This document shows positions 1 through 8,647 of a stretch of DNA of 64,000 nt, piece after piece. Under the pieces are notes generated by a model. That model was given only the letters and a program-made list of their open reading frames with translations. It was not told where the DNA came from and did no database searches. The position numbers were made by a program, and so were the translations under genes. Source of the stretch: an uncultured Nitrospiraceae bacterium (lineage in GTDB: Bacteria; Hydrogenedentota; Hydrogenedentia; Hydrogenedentales; SLHB01); the NCBI GenBank assembly GCA_964587655.1, contig CAZPMT010000010.1, positions 16,506-80,505 of the forward strand. Direction: 5' to 3'. The stretch's first letter is position 1. Each line of letters opens with the position of its first letter.

Positions 1-352
1 GGACGACCCTGACGGGGTCGAACAGCGTGGAAACGAGGTTAATACTGCGTGTTCAACCCCTTCAGGGTTGTCTATCGCGTACGCGGGTTCCGTGGGTTTC
101 ACCCACGGCTATTCACGTTGCATCCCTTCGGGATGTCATACCGAACCTGTAACGTTATCTCGAGAACACACTACTAGTCGGTGGGTGGCGAATGTTTCGC
201 ACTGATTGTGCTTGGCAACATAAAACCGTGCTTGATCTTGCAGGCGAGTGAATGATATGGGAGGATGCCCGCTCACACACATGGCGGAAACGGCATTCAA
301 GAGGCTAGGAACGTCTTTGTCGAGTCAAACCAGGAAGCGGAGGAAGTGGACT

Positions 353-1303
353 ATGAACACGCGCTTGTGGCCCAGAGTTCTGTTGTTAGCGATAGCGGTT
401 ATCTTGACGGTAGTTCCCGTCGCCTGGGCGGCGGACAAACCAGTCGGCACGCCCAACGCCGAGAAGCTGGGATGGCGGCTGGGCTGTCAGGCGTACTCGT
501 TCAACAAGTTCACCTTCTTCGAGGCGGTGGACAAGACGGCTTCCGTGGGCTTGAAGTACATCGAAGCCTACCCCGGTCAGAAGCTCAGCGCCGAAATGCC
601 CGACGCGAAGTTCGACCAGAACATGTCTGAGGACGCGCAGAAAGCCGTGAAGGCCAAGCTCGACGCGGCGGGCGTGAAGCTGGTCAATTACGGTGTCGTG
701 GGACTGCCAAACGATGAAAAAGAATGCCGCAAGGTATTCGATTTTGCCAAGAAGATGGGCGTCGAGACGATCGTCTCCGAACCCTCCAAAGAAACACTGT
801 CGCTCCTGGACAAGCTGACGGAGGAGTACGGCATCAACGTCGCCATTCACAATCATCCTAAGCCCTCGCCGTACTGGGACTACAAGATAGAACTGGAGGC
901 GCTTCAGGGTCACAGCAAACGCATTGGCGCGTGCGCGGACACGGGCCATTGGATGCGCTCGTGCACCGACTCGGCCGAAACCGTCAAGAAGCTGAAGGAG
1001 CAGTATGGCCCGGATGCGGAGTCGCACATGCATTTTCTGAATTCCCTCGATGGCATCAAGGCCCTCGATGGACGTATTGTCTCGTTGCACCTGAAAGACC
1101 TCGATTCAGTGGGCAAGCTGGCGCATGATGTGCCGTACGGGACAGGCAAGACCGACATCAAAGGCATCTTGGCCGAACTCAAGCGTCAGGGCTTCAAGGG
1201 CGTGTTCTCGATCGAATATGAGTACAACATGGAGAACTCCCTTCCAGAGATCGCCAAATGCGTGGCCAATTTCGAGGCTATGGCCGCCGAACTGGCGAAG
1301 TAG
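353..1303 (+). CDS. Secreted sugar phosphate isomerase/epimerase (xylose-isomerase-like TIM barrel)
   Basis: ATG at 353 is preceded by GGAAGCGGAGGAAG (SD-like). The N-terminus MNTRLWPRVLLLAIAVILTVVPVAWA is a signal peptide. The body resembles AP-endonuclease/xylose-isomerase-like TIM barrels (HNHP, DTGHW motifs). The track ORF 248..1303 is an upstream extension. Confidence 0.7.
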   Translation: MNTRLWPRVLLLAIAVILTVVPVAWAADKPVGTPNAEKLGWRLGCQAYSFNKFTFFEAVDKTASVGLKYIEAYPGQKLSAEMPDAKFDQNMSEDAQKAVKAKLDAAGVKLVNYGVVGLPNDEKECRKVFDFAKKMGVETIVSEPSKETLSLLDKLTEEYGINVAIHNHPKPSPYWDYKIELEALQGHSKRIGACADTGHWMRSCTDSAETVKKLKEQYGPDAESHMHFLNSLDGIKALDGRIVSLHLKDLDSVGKLAHDVPYGTGKTDIKGILAELKRQGFKGVFSIEYEYNMENSLPEIAKCVANFEAMAAELAK

Positions 1304-1332
1304 CGTCGCGCATCAGCTCGTGTTCTCGTGGA

Positions 1333-1349
1333 TGCAGGCAAGATGCCTG
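1333..1349 (+). terminator. Hairpin GCAGGCaagatGCCTGC downstream of the isomerase gene
   Basis: Perfect 6-bp stem 30 nt after the stop codon. No clear T-run, so this is a weak terminator call. Confidence 0.25.
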
Positions 1350-1432
1350 CGTTACGCTGGAAATCGTATCGAGTCTTGGAGTATTATCCGGCCCTGATTG
1401 GCAGCAACCTACCGCAGTAAATAGGTGAAAAA

Positions 1433-3109
1433 ATGAGCCGTCGAGAGAAGAACTGCATGGACGATTCCCGCATGGGTCCGGATCGGATTCCGGGTGCACG
1501 TAAACGTAACAAGGACGCCCGGAAAACATCGTTGAGCAGTCCCCCTTTGAAGGGGGATTCCGCATCAAGTCCCCCTTTGAAGGGGGATTTAGGGGGATGT
1601 TCAAGCACCGCGTCAGAGGCATGTGGCAAAACACATCCCCCTAAATCCCCCTTCAAAGGGGGACTTGATGCGCATTCCCGCCGCGATTTCCTCGTGTCGA
1701 CGGCAGCGGGGGCGAGTCTTCTCTTTGTAGGGAAAGCCATCGCGCAGGAAGCGGCCGCGCCCGCGGCCCCGCCTGCCCCTGAAGCGCCAGCTACCGCACC
1801 TGCCACGCCCGCCGCGGCGCCCGTTGCTCCAGCGCCCGCTGCGCCTCCGGCGCCTGCTGTGCTTCCGTCGGGCACGAAGCTGAACGACCTGAATATCGCG
1901 TTGGTGGGTCTCGGCGCCGAGGGCATGGTGCTGACGGACGCCCTCCTCCGCATCCCGGGCATTCGGTTCAAGGCCGTGTGCGACATCTGGAAGTACAGTC
2001 TGAAACGCGGCTCCGGCATGCTGAAGAAGTACGGGTATCAGGTCAACGCGTACGTCGACTTCGATGAGATGCTGGCCGCGGAGAAGGACAACATCGATGC
2101 CGTCGTGGTGGCCACGCCCGATTTCGTCCATCACGCGCATACCATTGCCAGCCTCAAGGCCGGCAAGCACGTGTACTGCGAGAAGGAGATGTCGAACCGC
2201 CTCGAAAACGCCCGCCAGATGGTCCTCGCGGCGCGCGAGACCGGCAAGCTTCTCCAGATCGGCCACCAGAGGCGCAGCAACCCCCGCTATATCCACGCGA
2301 TCAACACGCTCGTGCACGAGAATCGGTTGCTGGGCCGCGTGACGCACGGCTACGCTCAGTGGAATCGCGCGAAGAGCGAGGACTTGGGCTGGAACCCGAA
2401 GTTAGAGATCGATACCGCCACGCTGGAGAAGTATGGATACGACTCGATGCAGCACTTCCGGAACTGGCGGTGGTATAAGAAGTACGGCGGCGGCCCGATC
2501 GTGGACCTCGGGTCGCACCAGATCGACATCTTCGCCTGGGTGTTCGGGGTAATGCCGAAATCCGTCATGGCCGGCGGCGGAATAAACTTCTACAAGACGC
2601 ACGAGTGGTACGACAACGTCCTGGCCACATTCGAATATGAGAACGCCGAAGGCGTCAACCGCGCCTTCTACCAGGTCCTGACGACAACTAGCAACGGCGG
2701 TTTCTATGAGAGCTTCATGGGCGAGAACGGCACGCTCGTCATCTCGGAAGTTTCGCAACGCGGCAATCACCTGCTCCGTGAGGCGCACGCTCCTGAGTGG
2801 GATCCCTACGTGAGCCGGGGGTTGCTCGATAAACCGCCCGCGCCGCCATCGACGGCGCAAAAGCTCAAGAACATCGTACTCGATGTGCGCGTCTCCGCAC
2901 CACTCGGCGTGTGGCCTTTGCCGGTGCAGTTCAACAAGCTGCCGCACCAGGCGCACCTCGAAAATTTCTTCGACGCCATACGGCTCGGCACGCCGCTGAG
3001 TTGTCCGGCGGAAGTCGGCTTCGAGACCGCCGTGGCCGTGCTGAAGGTGAACGAAGCCGTTGAAGCCGGCGTCAAGCTTGCTTACGCGCCAGAGGAGTTC
3101 AAGGCGTGA
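1433..3109 (+). CDS. Gfo/Idh/MocA-family NAD(P)-dependent oxidoreductase, Tat-exported
   Basis: ATG at 1433 with AGGTGA 6 nt upstream. Twin-arginine motif SRRDFLV followed by a hydrophobic stretch and AxA. Rossmann fold IALVGLGAEG and typical Gfo/Idh/MocA body. The first ~75 codons run through the MITE copy, so the effective start and mature N-terminus are uncertain. Confidence 0.8.
   Translation: MSRREKNCMDDSRMGPDRIPGARKRNKDARKTSLSSPPLKGDSASSPPLKGDLGGCSSTASEACGKTHPPKSPFKGGLDAHSRRDFLVSTAAGASLLFVGKAIAQEAAAPAAPPAPEAPATAPATPAAAPVAPAPAAPPAPAVLPSGTKLNDLNIALVGLGAEGMVLTDALLRIPGIRFKAVCDIWKYSLKRGSGMLKKYGYQVNAYVDFDEMLAAEKDNIDAVVVATPDFVHHAHTIASLKAGKHVYCEKEMSNRLENARQMVLAARETGKLLQIGHQRRSNPRYIHAINTLVHENRLLGRVTHGYAQWNRAKSEDLGWNPKLEIDTATLEKYGYDSMQHFRNWRWYKKYGGGPIVDLGSHQIDIFAWVFGVMPKSVMAGGGINFYKTHEWYDNVLATFEYENAEGVNRAFYQVLTTTSNGGFYESFMGENGTLVISEVSQRGNHLLREAHAPEWDPYVSRGLLDKPPAPPSTAQKLKNIVLDVRVSAPLGVWPLPVQFNKLPHQAHLENFFDAIRLGTPLSCPAEVGFETAVAVLKVNEAVEAGVKLAYAPEEFKA
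1538..1560. repeat. Solo partial copy of the MITE terminal repeat (AGTCCCCCTTTGAAGGGGGATT)
   Basis: Identical to the outer 22 nt of the MITE TIR. Lies in tandem immediately upstream of the full copy. Confidence 0.7.
1566..1666. mobile_element. Foldback MITE copy 1 (36-bp perfect terminal inverted repeats, about 101 bp)
   Basis: Left arm CAAGTCCCCCTTTGAAGGGGGATTTAGGGGGATGTT. Right arm AACACATCCCCCTAAATCCCCCTTCAAAGGGGGACTTG, the exact reverse complement. Each arm also contains a CCCCC-loop-GGGGG sub-hairpin. The internal ~30 bp differs from copy 2. Confidence 0.75.
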
Positions 3110-5190
3110 GGAGCACAGTTCTGCGAGCCGCTATGACTGCGGCGCTGGTTGGCGCGATCTGTATGCCCGCGTACGGCGCTCCGCGCAAGCACGTCATTGT
3201 CGACGGCAATCGGGCCCGCACCGTCCACACAATCCCGCTCTACGACGAGAACTATAAAGAGGTCCGTCCCGACGACGATATGCCGATGCCGTTCTCGACG
3301 CGGAACACCTGCGGCGACTGCCACGACTACGAGAAGATCGGCATGGGCTGGCACTTCAACGCGTCCCAGAACATCACCGATCCGGGGCGTCCGGGCGAGC
3401 CGTGGGTGCTCGTCGATGAGAGCGCGGGCGTGCAGCTTCCTCTTTCGTACCGAGGCTGGCCCGGGACTTGGAAACCGCAAGACCTCGGCATGACCGAATG
3501 GGACTTCGTGAAGACGTTCGGACATCACATGCCCGGCGGTGACATGGGGGAAAGGGAAGAGGAAGTCCCAAACCCGAACGCGCGGTGGAACGTTTCAGGA
3601 AAGGTCGAGATCAATTGTCTCGCCTGTCATAACGTATGCGCCGACCAAAATCAGAGCGAATGGGCCATTCAAATCGCGAGAGAGAATTTCCGATGGGCCG
3701 CAACCGCCGCCAGTTCGCTGGGCATCGTGCTAAACATGGCCTCCCGCCTCCCGGAGTATTACGACCTAATCGATGGGCCCAACAAGGACAATCAATGGGC
3801 CGCGGTCCCGGAGGTCAAGTACCAGTCATCGCGTTTCAACGAGAAGAACAAGATCTTCTTCGACGTAAACCGGAATGCCCCGAACAACCGGTGCTACTAC
3901 TGCCATTCGAGCGTTCCCAAGAACGTGGACACGGAGAAGGTCTGGGCGTGGGACGGCGACGTACATCTTCTGGCGGGGCTGACGTGCACCGACTGCCACC
4001 GCAACGGCCTTGACCACTTCATCTCCCGCGGATATGAGGGTGAGCGCGCGGACCCTTCGTACAGCACGCTTACCTGCCGCGGATGCCATCTCGGCGATCC
4101 GTCCGGCCGGGGTTTCGAGTTTAGAGGCGGGCGCATGACCGCTCCGCGGCCCCTGCACCGCGGGCTGCCGCCGGTGCACCTCGAGAAAATGACCTGCACG
4201 GCCTGTCACTCCGGATTTCTTCCGGGCGATAAGACCGAGCGGATCCGGACCGCCCGCGCAAACCGTCTCGGCATTCATGGACGCGCCCAGTGGGATACGG
4301 AACTTCCGTACATCCTCGCGCCGGTCTTCGTGCGGCAGGGCGACGGCAAGATCGAGCCGCACGAGATCATGTGGCCGGCGTTCTGGGGAAGCATGAAGGG
4401 CGGCAAGGTCACGCCGTTGTCTCTCGATGTTGTTTCGCCGATCGTGACGGCCATGCGCGACGCAGAGAAAGAGGCGCAGCTCGATATCGAACGCCAGAAA
4501 CAGGAGGCGAGCGCACCGCCGCAGGCCGAGGCAAGATCAGGCGAAGGTGAGGGTGAAGGCGAAGTTGAAGGTGAGGGTGAAGGTGAAGGCGAAAGCGAAG
4601 GTGAAGGCGAGGGCGAAGGCGAGGGCGAAGGCGAAGGGGAGGCCAATGAACAGGAACCCGCCGCGCCTGAGGTCATTATCGAGGAGATCCCGCCGCTCAC
4701 GGAACATCAGGTGGCCAAGGTCCTGACGGAACTAGCCGCCACAGTTGGGCCGGAGGCGCAGCCCGTCTACGTCGCCGGCGGCAAGTTGTACAAAGCCGCG
4801 TCCGGCGGCGCCGGGCTGGCTTCCGTGGACCATGACGCGGCGAAGCCGTACTCGTGGGCCTTCGCGCACGACGTTCGCCCAGCGTCGCAATCGCTGGGCG
4901 CGCGCGGTTGCACCGACTGTCACGATGAGGACTCGAACTTCTTCTTCGGCGAGGTCGAGCACGCGGCGCCGACGCCGCTGGGAACGCCCGTGTCGACGCC
5001 GATGTACGCGATGACCCAACTCGATCCGAAGCTCTTGACGGCGCTTGACGCGGAGGTCGAACTGCGCACGCCGCTTATTGTGGGCGCGATCGTCTTGATA
5101 ATCCTCCTTGGCGTGGCGCTCCTTCACTATGGGTTCATCGGGCTTGAGAGTTTCTTGAGACTTCTCGTCGCCCCCGGCGGCAAGAAGTAG
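3106..5190 (+). CDS. Membrane-anchored multiheme cytochrome c (7 CxxCH motifs)
   Basis: GTG start overlaps the upstream stop (GTGA), with AGGAG 8 nt upstream. Signal peptide MRSTVLRAAMTAALVGAICMPAYGA. CxxCH motifs: CGDCH, CLACH, CYYCH, CTDCH, CRGCH, CTACH, CTDCH. C-terminal hydrophobic helix LIVGAIVLIILLGVALL. Confidence 0.85.
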   Translation: MRSTVLRAAMTAALVGAICMPAYGAPRKHVIVDGNRARTVHTIPLYDENYKEVRPDDDMPMPFSTRNTCGDCHDYEKIGMGWHFNASQNITDPGRPGEPWVLVDESAGVQLPLSYRGWPGTWKPQDLGMTEWDFVKTFGHHMPGGDMGEREEEVPNPNARWNVSGKVEINCLACHNVCADQNQSEWAIQIARENFRWAATAASSLGIVLNMASRLPEYYDLIDGPNKDNQWAAVPEVKYQSSRFNEKNKIFFDVNRNAPNNRCYYCHSSVPKNVDTEKVWAWDGDVHLLAGLTCTDCHRNGLDHFISRGYEGERADPSYSTLTCRGCHLGDPSGRGFEFRGGRMTAPRPLHRGLPPVHLEKMTCTACHSGFLPGDKTERIRTARANRLGIHGRAQWDTELPYILAPVFVRQGDGKIEPHEIMWPAFWGSMKGGKVTPLSLDVVSPIVTAMRDAEKEAQLDIERQKQEASAPPQAEARSGEGEGEGEVEGEGEGEGESEGEGEGEGEGEGEGEANEQEPAAPEVIIEEIPPLTEHQVAKVLTELAATVGPEAQPVYVAGGKLYKAASGGAGLASVDHDAAKPYSWAFAHDVRPASQSLGARGCTDCHDEDSNFFFGEVEHAAPTPLGTPVSTPMYAMTQLDPKLLTALDAEVELRTPLIVGAIVLIILLGVALLHYGFIGLESFLRLLVAPGGKK
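4541..4643 (+). repeat. In-frame GGYGAR hexanucleotide tandem repeat encoding (Gly-Glu)n, about 17 units
   Basis: GGCGAAGGTGAGGGTGAAGGC... encodes SGEGEGEGEVEGEGEGEGESEGEGEGEGEGEGEGEA inside the cytochrome c, between the heme-rich domain and the C-terminal region. Confidence 0.9.
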
Positions 5191-5211
5191 AAGAATGCTG
5201 AAGGGAGCAGG

Positions 5212-5910
5212 ATGTTTCGTCTAATTGTTATCGCAGGCCTAGCCGCTACCATCGTGGCGGCATTGGGCCATCTCGTCATATTCGGCCCCAAGCGTGTCCC
5301 TGGAGCCGCGTCGAAGCGCTCTGTTAAGCGTTTCTCCTTCTGGGAACGCTTCATCCACATCGCGACCGTCGTCGGGTTCCTCGGCCTCGTTGGAACCGGC
5401 TTCTACGCCGTCATCGTCCAGCGAAGCGACCTGCACGGCTGGCTTTGGGTCATCCATGCGGCGTCGGCCCCCGTTTTCTCAATAGGACTCGTTATGCTCG
5501 TGACAACATGGGCCAAGGATGGCTGTTTTGCCCCGTGTGATTGGGAATGGGCCATGAAGTTCGGCGGCTACCTGTGGGGCGGCAAGCACGCGCCGGCGGA
5601 ACGGTTCAACGGAGGCCAGAAGGCCTATCTGTGGGCCGTCGGCGCACTGGGCCTTACGGCCCTTGTTACCGGTCTTGGCCGCGCGGTTCCGGTCCTCGAT
5701 GCGACCGGGCAGGAGGTCCTGTACCAGATTCACCGCTACGCCGCGTTGCTGTTCGCAATGGCCGGCGTTATCCACCTGTATCTCGGGACCTTGGCCAATC
5801 CCGGGACCTTCGGCGCCATGCTGACCGGCAAAGTGACCAGGGAATGGGCCGAGAACCATCATCCCCTGTGGTGGAAGGCCGTCAAAGATTCTGAGAAAGG
5901 GAACAGGTAA
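5212..5910 (+). CDS. Cytochrome b subunit (Ni/Fe-hydrogenase / formate dehydrogenase gamma-type, PF01292-like)
   Basis: AAGGGAG SD upstream. Four predicted TM helices with conserved His (FSFWERFIHIATVVGF, HRYAALLFAMAGVIHLYL). Lies 22 nt downstream of the multiheme cytochrome c. Confidence 0.65.
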   Translation: MFRLIVIAGLAATIVAALGHLVIFGPKRVPGAASKRSVKRFSFWERFIHIATVVGFLGLVGTGFYAVIVQRSDLHGWLWVIHAASAPVFSIGLVMLVTTWAKDGCFAPCDWEWAMKFGGYLWGGKHAPAERFNGGQKAYLWAVGALGLTALVTGLGRAVPVLDATGQEVLYQIHRYAALLFAMAGVIHLYLGTLANPGTFGAMLTGKVTREWAENHHPLWWKAVKDSEKGNR

Positions 5911-6026
5911 GTAGTCGAAAGTCGTCTGATATAATGGTGGAAGCGGCATCCCCGCCGCTTTCCGAACGCAACGAGGAGGCGGATTACCGCACGAAGCGTG
6001 CCGCCGTCAGCCATAAGGAGAAGGAA

Positions 6027-6710
6027 ATGAGTAAGAGAAGTGCAATGTGGGTGTGCATCGCCCAGGTGGTCATGTTCGCGGCATTCGTGATTGCCCCGAA
6101 AGTGATGGCCGAGGACATGGAGCCGCTGAAGATCGAACTCCCGAAACCGATGTTCGTCGGGACCCCGAAGAACATCGTGTCGCCGAACCTTGAACCCCCG
6201 ACCGGCAAGCCGCGCTCGCCGTTCATGGCGCCCAAGGGCGTGACGAACGTGGCCGAGAAGAAGCCGGGGACCGCGAGCGACAAAGAGCCGATCATCGGCG
6301 AACTCGAGATGCTCACCGACGGGGATAAGGAAGGCGCCGACGGCAGCTTCATCGAATTCGGTCCCGGCGTTCAGTGGGTCCAGGTCGATCTCGGCGCGCC
6401 GCAGGAGATCTTCGCGGTGGTGTTGTGGCACTATCACTCGCAGGCCCGCGTATATCGCGACGTCGTCCTCCAGCTTTCCGACGACCCCGATTTCGTGAAG
6501 GATGTCAAAACGGTCTTCAACAACGATCATGACAACACCGCGAAGCTCGGCGTCGGCCCGGACAAGGAATACATCGAGACCAACGACGGCCGCCTGGTCG
6601 ACTGCAAAGGCGCCAAGGCCCGCTATGTCCGTGTATACAGCAACGGCAATACTTCGAACGACATGAACCATATGATCGAGCTCGAGGTCTACGGCCGGCC
6701 GGCGAAGTAA
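6027..6710 (+). CDS. Secreted F5/8 type C (discoidin/galactose-binding-like) domain protein
   Basis: AAGGAGAAGGA SD, then ATG at 6027. Signal peptide MSKRSAMWVCIAQVVMFAAFVIAPKVMA. The C-terminal half has discoidin-like motifs (WVQVDLG, ARYVRVYS). Confidence 0.65.
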   Translation: MSKRSAMWVCIAQVVMFAAFVIAPKVMAEDMEPLKIELPKPMFVGTPKNIVSPNLEPPTGKPRSPFMAPKGVTNVAEKKPGTASDKEPIIGELEMLTDGDKEGADGSFIEFGPGVQWVQVDLGAPQEIFAVVLWHYHSQARVYRDVVLQLSDDPDFVKDVKTVFNNDHDNTAKLGVGPDKEYIETNDGRLVDCKGAKARYVRVYSNGNTSNDMNHMIELEVYGRPAK

Positions 6711-6805
6711 CGCCTTCACGGCAACGAACTCGTTTGCACGGATGTACAGGAGCAAGCGCGCAAAAACGCGCCCAGTCCTGTGCATCCCTTTTTTCTTTCA
6801 ACGGT

Positions 6806-6918
6806 CTTTTGTGTTCTTTGTGTTCTTTGCGGTTAAGAGTCTATGGACTTGCCCGTTTGGTTGCGGCTATGCTGCGCTGTGTTCATCTGTGTTCATCCGT
6901 GTTCATCCGTGGTTCAAC
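6806..6918 (+). promoter_or_regulatory. Tandem direct-repeat array upstream of the GT39-like gene: (TCTTTGTG)x3 and (YGTGTTCATC)x3 ending in CATCCGTGGTTCA
   Basis: TCTTTGTGTTCTTTGTGTTCTTTG at 6806-6829. CTGTGTTCATCTGTGTTCATCCGTGTTCATCCGTGGTTCAA at 6878-6918, which is 14 nt upstream of ATG 6932. The repeats are phased at about 10 bp. Confidence 0.45.
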
Positions 6919-6931
6919 TGACGTTTCTAGG

Positions 6932-8632
6932 ATGATTGACTTGACCCGAGAGAGCACACTGCGCGTCCTGGCGGCCGTTCTGGTTCTGACGGTCGCCGTT
7001 GGCGCATTCGTTTTCCGCGCGCCGCGCCTAGATCTCCGCCCAATGCACACCGATGAAGCCGTGCACACCATCAAGGCGGGCATGCTCCTCGAAAAAGGCG
7101 TCTACACTTACGATCCCAACGATTACCACGGCCCGACAATCTACTACGCGGCCCTGCCCTTCATATGGGCCGGTGGCGCCCGAACCCTCGCCGAGACTTC
7201 CGAATGGCAGTTCCGCATTGTGCCGGTCGTGTTCGGCGTGGGCCTGGTGCTTCTCCTCCTGCTCGTCATCGACGGACTCGGCGCGTGGGAAACCGTTTTC
7301 GCCGCCATCCTTACCGCCGTCTCTCCCGCGATGGTCTTCTACAGCCGCTATTACATCCAAGAGATCCCCTTTGTCTTCTTCACCTTCTTCGCTATCGCGG
7401 CGGGTTGGCGATACAGCCGATCTCCGCGAATCGGCTGGGCGCTCCTTTGCGGCGCGAGCCTCGGCCTCATGTTGGCCACAAAGGAGACCAGCATCCTGTC
7501 CTACGCGGCCATGTTGTGCGCCCTGCCGCTCACGCTCATCTGGACGCGATGGCGCGGCGGCGCCAACGCTCGCATTCGGGACTTCCTTCACCCATGCCAC
7601 ATTGCCGCCGCGTTCGTTCTCGGTTTGTGCGCATGCATCACCCTCGTTTCAGGCTTCTTCTCAAACCCGCGCGGCGCCATCGACATATTCTTGACCTTTC
7701 TCAGCTACTTCCATCGCGCGGGCGGAGTCGGGATTCACGATCACCCCTGGGACTACTACTTCCGAATCCTGTTAGGGCTTGACAATCTTCCGGGGCCTCA
7801 GTGGAACGAAAAGCTGATTGTAGTCATGGCAATTGTCGGCGTCCTCGTCGCCTTGCTGAGCAAGCGCAATCCCGCATCAAGTCCCCCTTTGAAGGGGGAT
7901 TCAGGGGGATGTTCTGATGGCGTCTCAACGCAACCCGTTGCGACAACACATCCCCCTGAATCCCCCTTCAAAGGGGGACTTGCTCCAAACGCAGCTCCAC
8001 GCCTTCTGCGTAACCCAAGCCTCATCCGCTTCGTCGCCCTCTACACCCTCTTCCTCGCCGCGGCATACTGCGTAATCCCATACAAGACCCCCTGGTGCAT
8101 GCTCGGATTCCTCCACGGAATGATCCTTCTCGCGGGCGTGGGGTTTGCCGGACTTGTGCGTCTCGTACGGCACAACGGGCTGCGGGTGATTCTCGTTCTT
8201 GCCGTGGCATTCGCCGCGTTTCGTCTCGCGGATCTCGCCTACCAGGCGAGTTTCAAGTTCTACGCCGACACGCGCAACCCCTACGTCTACGGACATACCT
8301 CGACCGACATGTTGCGGCTCGTCAAGCGAATCGATGACATAGCGCGCCTTTCCCCGGACGGGCGGAACACGCTCATCAAGGTCGTCGCCCCGGACCCTTG
8401 GCCGCTGCCGTGGTACCTCCGGGCGTACACAAAGGTCGGGTATTGGCCCAACGCAGCGGATGACGTCGATGCCCCCATTGTTATCACATCGCAGGAACTC
8501 CAATCGGAAATCGAGAGCCGCCTGCGCGACACGTACCAGAGCGAATTCTACGGACAGCGTCCGGAAGTCCTCATGACCGTCTTCATCAGGAAGGACCTGT
8601 GGGACGCCTTCATCAAAACCCGGACAAGCTGA
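6932..8632 (+). CDS. GT39/PMT_2-like (TIGR03663-type) polytopic membrane glycosyltransferase-family protein, carrying an in-frame MITE insertion
   Basis: ATG 6932 with AGGA upstream. Many TM helices. Conserved regions HTDEAVH, YDPNDYHGP, DPWPLPWYLR. Residues encoded at 7876-7982 (SSPPLKGDSGGC...ESPFKGGL) derive from the MITE. Confidence 0.65.
   Translation: MIDLTRESTLRVLAAVLVLTVAVGAFVFRAPRLDLRPMHTDEAVHTIKAGMLLEKGVYTYDPNDYHGPTIYYAALPFIWAGGARTLAETSEWQFRIVPVVFGVGLVLLLLLVIDGLGAWETVFAAILTAVSPAMVFYSRYYIQEIPFVFFTFFAIAAGWRYSRSPRIGWALLCGASLGLMLATKETSILSYAAMLCALPLTLIWTRWRGGANARIRDFLHPCHIAAAFVLGLCACITLVSGFFSNPRGAIDIFLTFLSYFHRAGGVGIHDHPWDYYFRILLGLDNLPGPQWNEKLIVVMAIVGVLVALLSKRNPASSPPLKGDSGGCSDGVSTQPVATTHPPESPFKGGLAPNAAPRLLRNPSLIRFVALYTLFLAAAYCVIPYKTPWCMLGFLHGMILLAGVGFAGLVRLVRHNGLRVILVLAVAFAAFRLADLAYQASFKFYADTRNPYVYGHTSTDMLRLVKRIDDIARLSPDGRNTLIKVVAPDPWPLPWYLRAYTKVGYWPNAADDVDAPIVITSQELQSEIESRLRDTYQSEFYGQRPEVLMTVFIRKDLWDAFIKTRTS
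7876..7982. mobile_element. Foldback MITE copy 2 (same 36-bp TIRs), inserted in frame in the GT39-like CDS
   Basis: CAAGTCCCCCTTTGAAGGGGGATTCAGGGGGATGTT ... AACACATCCCCCTGAATCCCCCTTCAAAGGGGGACTTG. The arms differ from copy 1 at one position each, with the change compensatory between arms. Confidence 0.75.
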
Positions 8633-8647
8633 CGACAGGAGCGTGAC

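Noticed and set aside
386-1090. Numerous 60-260-aa antisense or alternate-frame ORFs throughout (e.g. 386..1090-, 2402..2956-, 3826..4362-, 5859..6785-, 16566..17357-, 18234..18923-, 20546..21727-, 23245..24765-, 36448..38502+, 60618..62552+)
   Set aside because: They lie entirely inside well-supported genes on the other strand or frame. They have Arg/Pro/Ala-rich composition typical of high-GC shadow ORFs, and no SD or domain signatures.
1384-2019. Track ORFs 1384..2019(-), 1613..2347(-), 7798..8025(-) and 7925..8677(-), containing SPPLKGD/SPFKGGL/SPFEGGFRGMC peptides
   Set aside because: These are translations of the palindromic MITE arms on the opposite strand, within genuine plus-strand genes. 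They are not independent genes.
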